64,000 nucleotides of DNA. It comes from Eledone cirrhosa. Taxonomy: Eukaryota. Each line of letters starts with the position of its first letter. Position 1 is the stretch's first letter. The position numbers were made by a program, and so were the translations under genes. A model generated the notes under the pieces. The model saw nothing but the letters and a program-made list of their open reading frames with translations. It was not told the DNA's origin and made no database searches. The stretch lies in NCBI GenBank assembly GCA_964016885.1, contig OZ024741.1, positions 69,998,001-70,062,000 on the forward strand. Reading direction: 5' to 3'. Shown piece by piece: positions 1 through 13,069 of this stretch.

Positions 1-300
1 AACATTTTCTATAAAGTTTAGAATTCTTTGGGATTTGTATAGTTTTCTTTGTTACGAGAGAACCATTCCGTTGGCGAGCCACCAGATGTCTTTTGGATTG
101 AAAGAGCTGATCCGTGGCTGGTTGCGGTTGGGACGCATGTCGGGGCCTGGTAAATCCTAGTTGGGTCGCCTGGACAGGGATATATGATGTTTAAAGACCC
201 GAAACACCAATCACCCCAGGTGAGATCAATGATGATGCGTCGCAGCTCAACTATGAGAATGTATCTTGCACCTATCAAAGATAAATTATTACTAACTTAC

Positions 301-578
301 CTTTCGTCCAGCTTGGTTATTGTGAAGATTCATCAAACTTCGACCGTTTATTTTTCTTCGTCTTTCTTTGGCATCAACGAAAGTCTGAGAGAAAGCTGAT
401 CCAAACGCTATATTATCAGAACATCCCGACCAAATAAACGTGCTTTCTACGGTGGCGTTTTTATGTACGATCCGATCACAGCCACATTGTTCCATTTTTC
501 CGCTACTGCAGGCTCTGGTAACAGTATGAGCAACTGCAGCCGATGATATAGCGTAAACAAACGCAGACTCACGAGTTG
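301..578 (-). CDS. Wnt4: Wnt4 internal coding exon (exon 3 equivalent, 278 bp)
   Basis: Acceptor tttcag|, phase-1 join to the upstream exon gives [36 protein letters not shown]...[25 protein letters not shown]...[13 protein letters not shown]; donor |gtaagt. WSGCSDNI and CGCDR are typical of Wnt4. Confidence 0.95.
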
Positions 579-1418
579 CTGAAAGAAGTTAGATAAATAA
601 CTGGATAAAGAAATACATAAACATAAATAAATTAATAGATAGCAAAATAAGAAGTGTGTCAAGTGAGCAAAATATTTAATGTTTTGTTAATAACATCAAA
701 CTGAATATAAATGGAATTGAGCTCCGTCGGTTCCGACGATGAGTATTCTTGTCGCTAGGTCAAAGAAATAGCCCGCTCAGGAAATTAACGTGCAGGTGAA
801 TGAACAATCCACAGATATGTGTATGTATGGTCCTGTAACTCCTGATTGTGTCTCAGGGGTGCCGTATTGACATACGGCGTTTCTAGGGCATTTTAAAACC
901 TGGCGGAGCCCATACCTCTCTAGGTCTGAATATAGCAGATTTCTTCCAGAGAAGGATACAGAATGAGTGAAAGAATGGAAGTAAGAAAGAGATAAAGAAG
1001 AAGAATCGACCCCGATATTAGACTGGTATTTTTTTTTATCAACCTCGAATGAATGAAACGTAAAGTTTTCCTCGCTGGGATTTGAAATCAGAGAGCAGAG
1101 AGCCGAAACAAATACTGCAAAGTATTTTATCCGACCTTCTAACGGCTCTGCCAATTCACCCTCTACAGATATGTGTACCCTTAACATCATTTCCAGTGAG
1201 ATTCATCACTATAAAATTACTGGCCTATTTGAATTACAGTTAAAGTCCATCGTATAGGCTTTCCAACAGTTTTCATCTATCAACTTTCACGCTTGTCCAT
1301 AACGGTAGGTAGTAACATCGAACCCGAGACCTTATGATTGCCGACTTCTTAATAAAGCGTCCACGCAAAGTCGTTTCCTCTTTGAATATTCTGTAACTGA
1401 GTTTAAAATGGAATTATG

Positions 1419-1701
1419 CAGGGTGTCCCCCCAAAAATGTATACACACTTTGGTTACCTGTACAGGCATTATTTATTAGAATGTACAGACTTTCCCAAAA
1501 ATTAAATGTTCTACAGACATGTTTACATAATTTAAATAATTGTTTCTACTTTTGGCACAAGGCCAGCAATTATCCAGTACATTACTGGTTCTTTATTTTA
1601 TTTTATCGACCCCGTAAGGATGAAAGGCATATAAAACAGAATTTATTTAAATGCATTTTTTTTTCCTGTTGAAGTGTGTATACATTTTTGGGGACACCCT
1701 G
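1419..1701. mobile_element. Tc1/mariner-type MITE containing a SINE fragment
   Basis: TIR cagggtgtcccc..aaaaatgtatacacactt / aagtgtgtatacatttttggggacaccctg. Confidence 0.75.
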
Positions 1702-2013
1702 TTTATTCATTGATCTATCATAGTTGAGTTATTAATATTTTGCTCTATTGCTAATAAATCCTAAGTTAATTTACATAAGGCTCATTATTTCATAGTAGGA
1801 TTAAAATCTGAAATTTAATATTTCGTTTATTTAATCTAGCTTATTACGATTCGGACAAATAGAATTCCAGATGCCTTCAGGCTGATTGAGTTAATAAACA
1901 GTTTGGGAAGTAAATTAGATGGTGGAAAATTAGCCAGTTCGAGTTTGTCATTCGATTTCACGGTTTCCTTCCGGAGCTTGCACTTCATTTAATATACTAA
2001 TGAATTGTGAGAA

Positions 2014-2070
<57 letters not shown>

Positions 2071-2129
2071 TATATATATATACATAGTTACATAGATACT
2101 ACATATATATACACACACACACGCATACA

Positions 2130-2228
<99 letters not shown>

Positions 2229-2750
2229 GTATATGTATGTGTAGCAATTACATTGTGGACGCCACTCAAAGAATAAAGAAAAAGAAAACACAAAAACTGT
2301 TAAATTCACTTTACATTTATCATTTGTTTCTTGGTGTCAACATTTTCGTCACACAGTTTGCTGTATGTAAACTGTGTCAGTGACCACTTTGCAAAGAGTG
2401 CGATGAACATTTTAACACCAAGAAATAAATGACTCGAGTGTCGACTGAAATTTTCATAAGCTGACTAGGAAGGATTGATGTTAGAGTTGTAACGTATTGC
2501 ATGCATTATTTTCAACTCTTCTTATTAATAACTACATTTTTTCTTTCCATTGACTATGTTGAAAAATAAACCTCATTTGGTCATTCTATGAGAGTATCTT
2601 GGTCAGTCTATGAAATTTTCAGCCAACTCTCGTAGATGTAAAATGGATTGAACAGATTTGTTTTTGTGCTTTTTAATCTTTGAAATGGCTCTTCCACGGT
2701 ATAAATATTTTACTTTCAACACATGGTCCCATATCAAGTCACTTGCTACA

Positions 2751-2980
2751 TATGTATGTTTTTCTGGTTTTATAATTTTACAAATTTTTGCCAATAGAGA
2801 GAGAGTCGGTTTCTAACATAGATACAAGACTCGCATTGGAATTTACACATCAACTAGGTAGATATGTCTGCATATCTGCATGCATGCATGTGTGTGCAGG
2901 TATGGATGTTATTGTATGTATGTATGTATGTATGTATGTATGTATGTATGTATGTATGTATGTATGTATGTATGTATGTA
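2751..2980 (-). mobile_element. Solo 3' UTR fragment of the R4-like element
   Basis: Reverse complement matches 15335-15500, adjacent to (TGTA)n. Confidence 0.75.
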
Positions 2981-3384
2981 TGTTTGATTTTTAAGTATAT
3001 TTTTGACCTCCCACCTTCCCGGTAGCAAGGTTGTAAAAAAAGGAAATTGTCGTAAACTCGTAAGAGTGTTTTACAAATGTTTAAGGTTTTAGTTATCGCG
3101 GCCATTTGTAGTTTATGAATAAAGAAGCGACGTTTTTTTTTTACAGAAATCCAAGTTCAGTTATTCTTTGGTCCAGCCGAGTTGGTATGTAAACTGTAGC
3201 TCCAATAAGGGTGGGTATGAAGCTGAACATATATCTTGGATTTACAAACTTCTCATCAATGGCCCGTAGATATCCTCTTTTTCTTGCATTTTTCTTACCA
3301 CATCGATATCAGAGTGGTATACGTGGTTGAATCAGTGTTATCTGATTCCCCGATATGTCAACACGCAGCAAGATGCAGGTAATC

Positions 3385-4025
3385 ATGGAGTAACATCAGG
3401 CCATCAAATTTTCTTCAACTTAAGAAAACCAAACAAAAAGCCTACGAAATGTTAGACGAGGCCTATGGAGGTGAATTGTTGAATAAAGCAAGTTTCTACA
3501 GATGGTTTAAACGATTTTCTGAAGGAAATAAACAGGTTGAGGATGAATCTGGAACACCGAACAGCACACGAATGGAGGAAAACATTGAGAAAGTGCGAAG
3601 GTTAGTGATGTAAGACAATCGACCTACTGTGAGGATAACATTTGAAGCAGTTGAAATTAGTATTGGCATAGTGGAGAAAATTGAGACCTTTGATCCGGAG
3701 CTCCACAAAGTCTGTGCTAAGTTCGTACCAAAGATCCAGTCCGACGACCAGATGCAGTTCCGTATGGAATGTTGCACTGACATTCTTAATATGATAGATG
3801 CTGATTCTAGTTTCCTAAATAAAGTAGTGACTTGCGATGGGAGTTGGGTATTCACCTATGACCCTGAGAGAAAACGTCAGGGAGCCCAGTAGAAGCACGA
3901 AGGCAAAGATGTGCAGGTTGCAAGGGAAGGTCATGGACATTCCGAGACGCTGATTCACATTGAATGGGCTCCTGAGGACCAAACCGTCAATAAGTATTAT
4001 TACCTTGAAGACCTGAAAAAGCTCA
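3385..4025 (+). pseudogene. Degenerate mariner transposase
   Basis: AYEMLDEAYG..FYRWFKRFSEG, KVCAKFVPK, FLNKVVTCDGSWVFTYDPERKRQ (cf. WVPH and TGDETW..YDPE); in-frame stops. Confidence 0.85.
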
Positions 4026-4664
4026 GTTTACACTTCTATCTCTCCTAAAATTCTTAGGTCTCAGGCTCAGCATAAGACAAAAATGGGAAATTGTACTCAT
4101 AAAACTAACTACAATCATAATATATACCTTGTCCACTACATGGTCGACACCTGGCTAGAAACAGCAGTTAAATGTCCATCAAATCTCGTCTAAGAAATGA
4201 CCACATTGCAAAATATTACATGAAATATAATTTAAAAAGAGGAGATGGTCTCAAATGAAAACATTTTGTCATAGATCTCATCGCTCAGTGTTTAACTCGG
4301 GTTTAAGGAGAATCCACATCTACAGCCATGGTAACACCTTAATACACGTGATAGAGAGTTTACGAATTGCAGAGTAATGTTAACAATCTGACGAACCGGG
4401 TGTGCCACAGTTGTTTTCGTATATATAATACATACATATATATTATAATTATATGTATATATACATATTATATGCATATTATATATATATATACAGTATA
4501 TATATGAAAAATTTCAGGACCCCGCCGGGTGAGCTCCGGCCATTTCAACAGCTAGACCCCATCAGGGTCCTGAATCTTTTCATATTACCCACTCTACTAT
4601 TCCAAGTATCGAGTACTCTGGTGAGTAACGGTCTAATTGGTTTTTACCGCCTCCATTCTGATAT

Positions 4665-4772
<108 letters not shown>

Positions 4773-4879
4773 TTATATTATATATATTATCTTACTGTCT
4801 TTCACTGTTTAGGGTTTAAAATATATATAACTATAACAAAATTTACTATATACATAACCATAAATAGTATCCTTAATAC

Positions 4880-4918
<39 letters not shown>

Positions 4919-4931
4919 ATATTTATATATA

Positions 4932-5162
<231 letters not shown>

Positions 5163-5947
5163 CATATATATAGGGAGAGAGAGGGAGAGAGAGTGAGTGA
5201 GAGAGGGAGAGAGAGAGAGAGAGAGAGGCAGAAATAGAAATAGAGAGAGTGATAAATAGATAGCTCTCATATATTCCTCAAACTAATGCCAAAATGAAAT
5301 TTAAATGAAACTACAAGTGATATAACTAAATGTGAACCTTATAAAACAAGTTTCAAAACAATTAACGCCCACATAGACAGACAACGCCCTAGTAGGGAGT
5401 CAACAACTACCACAAGTAAATTCTTCTATTAAAACATCTTACATTTTAACAATGGAATCTAGAAATTTCAATAAAAGATTTAGAAAATTAATCCAAATAA
5501 CCTCAAACATTCTGGCACAAAAACAAGACATCCTCGGGCAATACACATGTACACATACACACAAACATACATTTACATCTAGTGAAATATGCATATACAC
5601 ACAAATATATGCATATATGTATACACATAGGTATTATATGTACAGTATCTATCTATCTATACATACATACATACATACATATATATATATATACACACAT
5701 ACACACATACACATATGTATATATATAAATACACATACATATATGTATATATATACATGTATTATAAATCATGTCCTTAGAATTATTAGATAAAATATAT
5801 ACTATTTCCTCTTCTAATTAGCATAATTAACCATATAAAAAATCAATTAGACCAAGCTATAAGAAGAAAGGCTCTTATGAAGAAATCTCCGACAAATAAT
5901 CGAAAGTTATCTATATATATATCTATATATACATGTATATATATATA

Positions 5948-6000
<53 letters not shown>

Positions 6001-6055
6001 TCTTTTACCTGTTCCACCCATCCGGCTGAGGCCATGCTGGGGCAACGCCCTTGGG

Positions 6056-6124
<69 letters not shown>

Positions 6125-6287
6125 TATACGTATATAGAACTGCAGTTCAAATTTATTTTTCTCCTTTTTATTTTCCTCTTTTTGGCTAAGCTACCACGTG
6201 TTTCTATCTCTTCCTTTTCAGTTGAAACAATTGGTTTGTAGCATTTTTTGTCTTTAATTGTACAATTTGCCGAATATGTGTGTGTGT

Positions 6288-6342
<55 letters not shown>

Positions 6343-6378
6343 GGTGTGACACACGAGTTGTGATATATTAGTAAAAAT

Positions 6379-6668
6379 AAAAAGAAAATGCTGACAAATT
6401 GTTCCCAGTGAAAAATAGTTTAATTAGGAATAAGTAAAAATTAGTAATAAGTATTGGTTAGTATTCAGTTTTAGTTTTAAGTTTTTACCGGTTGCGCATT
6501 TCTAATGCTTTTCAAAAATAATTTAGAGATAGAGCGCTCGTGATGTTTGCTCTAATCTAATTAGAGCAAACATCACGAGCGCTCTGTCTCAAAATTATTT
6601 TTGAAAAGCATTAGAAATGCTAATTAAACTATTTTTCACTGGAAAAAATTTGTCAGCATTTTCTTTTC
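6379..6668. repeat. Fold-back palindrome between (TA)n tracts
   Basis: Inner arms 6496-6556 and 6559-6620; outer arms 6379-6427 and 6620-6667. Confidence 0.8.
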
Positions 6669-6706
<38 letters not shown>

Positions 6707-6712
<6 letters not shown>

Positions 6713-7353
6713 AAACATCCCGAATTAAGATGTACAGTGTTTAGCAACCATCGTTGCTCTTTTGTTCAACACTGACAAAGGAACGATGTATTAGTTTCAA
6801 GCTTATTTGTTATCGTCAGTACCGTATACCTTCCTGCCAGATGATTGAACGTCTGAAAGTATATACTTTCCTTATGCATATTAACCGCTGAGCAGCCTAA
6901 TTTGCATATAGAGTGAGTTAATCGGCCGGGCGCACCGAAAACGATAAATGGAAAAAATGAAACGACATGCAAATTAGGCTGCTCAGCCGTTAATATGCAT
7001 AAGGAAAGTATATACTTTCAGACATTCAATCATCTGACAGGAAGGTATACGGTGCTGTCGATAGCTAATAAGCTTGAAACTAGTACATCGTTCCTTTGTC
7101 AGTGTTGAACAAAAGGGCAACGATGGTTGCTAGACACTACGGCTTAATTCGGGATGTTTGTTTACAAACAAACCTAGCATTATAATAAATGCTCGGTAAA
7201 TCCATACGTACATATATATATATGTGTGCATGTATGTATATATATACATACTACTGTACGTCTGTATACATATATGTATGTACGTATACATACTTATATT
7301 TAAGTAACAGCCGTACTAAGAGTGAGAAATGAAATTTCGTTTCATTTTTTTCC

Positions 7354-7359
<6 letters not shown>
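6707..7359. mobile_element. Fold-back hammerhead-bearing element in (TA)n
   Basis: Arms 6707-6907 and 6967-7163 are inverted. Degenerate HHR at 7051-7089 (+; CTGTCGA..GAAACTAGTA) and 6785-6823 (-; CTGACGA). The right end (7337-7359) recurs inverted at 6944-6965. Confidence 0.75.
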
Positions 7360-7433
<74 letters not shown>

Positions 7434-7460
7434 GTACATATTCATATATTTGTGTACATG

Positions 7461-7494
<34 letters not shown>

Positions 7495-7605
7495 GTAGAA
7501 CCTGATAAGAACTGCAATCTTTTCAGCCAGGTGGTGCTATTAAGTTAGACAATACTGGCCGAAACCTATCAAAGTTATCAAAGGTACATATATACATACA
7601 TACAT

Positions 7606-7722
<117 letters not shown>

Positions 7723-7769
7723 CATATATACATACATATATATATATACATACATATATACATACATAT

Positions 7770-7829
<60 letters not shown>

Positions 7830-7832
7830 ATT

Positions 7833-8022
<190 letters not shown>

Positions 8023-8081
8023 CATATATATATATACATATATATATATATACATATATATATATACATATATATATATAC

Positions 8082-8756
<675 letters not shown>

Positions 8757-8771
8757 ATACATATATATATA

Positions 8772-8825
<54 letters not shown>

Positions 8826-8834
8826 CATACATAT

Positions 8835-8941
<107 letters not shown>

Positions 8942-8942
8942 C

Positions 8943-9051
<109 letters not shown>

Positions 9052-9053
9052 TA

Positions 9054-9113
<60 letters not shown>

Positions 9114-9114
9114 C

Positions 9115-9147
<33 letters not shown>

Positions 9148-9155
9148 CATATATA

Positions 9156-9241
<86 letters not shown>

Positions 9242-9254
9242 CATACATATATAT

Positions 9255-9982
9255 ATAAAAACAAATAACGAAACGAAATTAAATTTCGTTTCGTTTGTAA
9301 CTCACTTTTGTATGACTGACGCTTAAACAATTAAGTTAAAAATGTACATCTACATATGCATACTGAAATACTAGTATGCATATGAATACACACACGTATA
9401 CATATGTAGATGTAACAAGTCTTTCACTGGTTACTTTACTGTGAGTAACCCAGCTATTCTGTATGTAAACACTAGTTTATGCATACTAGTATTTCAGTAT
9501 GCATATGTAGATGTACATTTTTAACTTAATTGTTTAAGCGTCAGTCATACAAAAGTGAGTTACAAACGAAACGAAATTTAATTTCGTTTCGTTATTTGTT
9601 TTTATCGTCTCCGCTGAACCGGTGCGTACTCACACTCTATGCAAATTAGTCTGCCCACTACTTATTTTCATAGAAAAAGCATATAACGATATGTGCTTTT
9701 ACGATTCTCCAGAAAGGCCGGTAGATAGGTAAATATTGCTGATGAGTTGTAACAACAACGAAACTAGTTCAATATTCCTTGTCTGGCTTTCTGGAAAAAA
9801 GAGGAAAGGTGTTTCCTCGAAAACCAGTATGACTCTAAAAACCGGTTTGTCTGTGTGTTTACATACAGAATAGCTGGGTTACTCACAGTAAAGTAACCAG
9901 TGAAAGATATGTATACGTGTGTGTATTCATATGCATACTAGTCTTTCAGTATGCATATGTAGATGTACATTTTTAACTTAAT
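9255..9982. mobile_element. Fold-back retrozyme/pLTR-like element, unit about 450 bp
   Basis: Left arm 9255-9472 is the reverse complement of sequence in the right arm. The right arm repeats atgcatactagt...ttaactta at 9479 and 9931. Contains an HHR. (TA)n flanks. Confidence 0.8.
9732..9776 (+). ncRNA. Type I minimal hammerhead ribozyme
   Basis: aatattg-CTGATGA-gttgt(aaca)acaac-GAAA-cta-GTT^-caatatt, with a distal stem ccagaaag.../...ctttctgg. Confidence 0.88.
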
Positions 9983-9983
9983 C

Positions 9984-10018
<35 letters not shown>

Positions 10019-10024
10019 ATATAT

Positions 10025-10208
10025 ATGAAAAGATTCAGGACCCTGACGGCTGAGCTCCGGCTGGTTCGACAGCTAGATTCGTTCTAGCTGTCGAAACGGC
10101 CGGAGCTCAGCCGTTTGGGTCCTGAATCTTTTCATATTGCCCACTCTACTACCCCAAGTATCGAGTACCCTCGTGTCCACCTGGTATTTTACCACACCTT
10201 ATCTGATA
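10025..10208. mobile_element. Fold-back repeat family (relatives at 4504-4663, 16395-16690, 26071-26122)
   Basis: Hairpin 10025-10135; shared motifs gtcgaaacggc..gagctc..gtcctgaatcttttcatatt.cccactctacta; (TA)n flanks. Confidence 0.75.
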
Positions 10209-10256
10209 TATATATATAAATAATCCACGTGATTATTTAAAACCGTAGATATTTAC

Positions 10257-10492
10257 CTTTGTTCAAAATATTTCCCGGTGTGTCTAATGACTCGATGGTA
10301 CTGCAATTCCAACGTCTGCTTTTAAACTGCTCCTGACATTCCTGGATAGCCAAAATGGCACCTTGTTTTACACTTTCCATCATTATTAAATTCTTTTTGC
10401 ATATTTTTTTCTGTCGTTTCACCAGCCCAACCAGTGTATCACAAGCCTCTTCTGTGTTGATGCTCACCAGGGAAGACATTTTGGCCAACGCC
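10257..10492 (-). CDS. Wnt4: Wnt4 internal coding exon (exon 2 equivalent, 236 bp)
   Basis: Translates ALAKMSSLVSINTEEACDTLVGLVKRQKKICKKNLIMMESVKQGAILAIQECQEQFKSRRWNCST..., closely matching Wnt4 (LAKLSS..EETC..RQ..CKRN..AIEECQ.QF..RRWNCST). Pyrimidine-rich AG acceptor at 10494-10493; donor AAAG|gtaaat at 10256. Confidence 0.93.
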
Positions 10493-11129
10493 CTTAAAAA
10501 AAGAAAACACAAAAACAAAGACTAAATTAATCTATTGTTAAACGTTGCTTAAGGAACTAGTTTTTTTATATATCAAGATTACCAGGTATAATAACAATCA
10601 TACACACTGATAAATAAATATTTTGCATAAGAGAAATCCTACAGTGTATGTTGATTACTGACACGTGAAAGTGATTAAAGATAAGAATGATATTATAATA
10701 ATATTTCTATGTTTGGCACAAGGCCAGCAATTACCCTAGTACATTACTGGTGCTTTATTTTATCGACCCCGTAAAGACAAAAGGTGAAGCTAAACTCGGC
10801 GGAATTTGAACTCAGAACGTACAGGGTCATAACTATATGCATCAAAGCATGGTGTGTGACGCTCTACCGATACTGCCAATCCACAGACTTTTTGAATTAT
10901 ATTATGATTTACTTTTAGCATATAAAAACAAATTTTCAGAATATATGTACACATGATATAAAAGATGAAATGTATGAGTAACTTTGGAGAATTAATTATT
11001 ATTGTAGCAATATGACTGAAATAGGAAATGCAGTGTGTGTATATCTGTATATTTGCCCAAAATGCTATACAGTGGAATCGAACCCCGGACCTCATGATTG
11101 TGAAGTAAACTTCTTAACCACTTCAGTTG

Positions 11130-12065
11130 ATGCCAGATGGCAAAAAGCGACACTGCTTGTGAAATTTGGTCCCCTCTGACTTGGCACTGCTGGCCTATTT
11201 CTCCTCAGTCTCCTCTAACCGCACTCCCCTCAATGGGGTCCTCCGTAAGACGATAGAATATAACGTGTCAGGAATTACAGTCAGCTCTGGCATCGCTGTT
11301 CCCCAGTATACAGCAGTCCAACGTAACTGGGACGACATCAAATGCAAGTTTACCTTCGGACAAATTGAGTCCTACTTGGACCAGCACCGTCTCACAGATA
11401 CTGCCATCGATTCGCCTAGCAAACAAACAGCGGTGCCTGGCTCAATTCAATGCCATCTTCATCAACCGGTACTCCTCTTGATGATGAATGCACTCGCATC
11501 AGTGTGGTCTAGCGCCAAGGCCTCCAAGCCACACTAATGCCACTGTGGATCTGTTTTTGACGAGTTCGCTATCATGCCACCTTTATACAGGTTGGCTTCC
11601 ATTACACACTGCTGTGAACAACATTATCAGAAGGAGCCTTGACATTATCAGAAAGAGCCTGTCACAACTGGAGCCATCTGGCCTCGACCGTAGGGATGTC
11701 AAGCGCCCTGACAGTATAACCCTCTTTCTATTTCATACTGCTCGCCGTCGAGACCTCAGGTATCCTCGGTATCCGCATTGCTGATTTCTTTCATAAAATA
11801 GGAAAGACAGCAGCCCGCCTGAGGAAGGAGCACCGTAAGGTGGAGTGGTAGTTGTAATGGGTGTCACTGGCCTTTCTTTGCGGCAATACATTTGTCATTT
11901 TATCCACGGGGCGCAGCTGAAGCATCGTTCAGACTGGGGAGTAGAGCCTTTCGCCCTCTAATCTTCTTCCTTTCTTTCGTTGCTTAATTCTATTTTTTGC
12001 TTTCCTTTTTGCCACATATTATGTACGTTTTTTTTTTTTGTTACTACTGGGTATTGCAATAAATT
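11130..12065 (+). mobile_element. Degenerate RLE-type non-LTR retrotransposon 3' fragment (CRE-like)
   Basis: HTAVNNIIRRSL...LEPSGLDRRDVKRPDSITL (EP.GL.R.DGKRPDG motif); ends near AATAAA. Confidence 0.6.
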
Positions 12066-12992
12066 CTTTAAATGACCACTTTTCTAAACTCTTATCATTT
12101 TTGCTATTTCTGTCGCTAATGAGTAACATTAGAACAGAAAGTGAAAACATTTTTTCCAAAGTTTTTACGATAAAGGATATTTTGGGGGTAGAAATTCATT
12201 ACTCGTGCCTAAGTATATAAGTTAAAAAATATAAAATAAAAGCATAAATGTATACAAGTTAAAACGTTTGTTGCAATCGTTCTTAATCTTTTAATGCTCA
12301 TGCCACTCTTATGAAGAACAAAAATTGGCGCGATAATGCTTAATAAATTAAATTTATTTTTTATTTATTTAAAAACATAAATAAAAAAGCATTAGAAACT
12401 TGAAACTTTATGATTTCATTTTCTGATTCTGTGCCAAACTCTGTTAACAGACTTATGGAAAACTGGAAGTAAAAATGATTCCGCTATAATGTGTGGTTTC
12501 CTTCCAATAGTTTTTGATACACGGTAAAAAAATGTTATTGGAGCTTCCTTCTCTCTTTGTTGTCTTTTGCTTTTAAACTCATGTTTATCTTGAATTCTGG
12601 CTTGTAACGTTGAAAAAAGGATGCCTAGAAATAGAATATTTTTATTTTATTTGAAATTTCTTCAGCGTGAACAGAATGGGCCTTCGTCAGTTTTGGCCAA
12701 GAGTGTTCTAGTTTTACGAATCTACGGAACTGCCTGCTCAAGAAATTAATGTGCATACGGTTGGCCGAGTATTTCACGTTCATATATATGAGTCCCGAGT
12801 TCAAGCGAGAGTTACCACAGTTTGTAAGGTAGTCAATACATTAGTAGAGAGTAAACATCAAGTTTAATATAGTCTATGGGACTAGAATTGTTTCAATCAA
12901 AAGAAATAATCAGGAAAGCCCTTTCCAGATGATTTCTTTTGAAGAAAATACTTCTAGTCTTAAATTAGACTATATGCATGTACATACATACA

Positions 12993-13026
<34 letters not shown>

Positions 13027-13069
13027 CATACATATATACATACATACATACATACATACATACATACAT

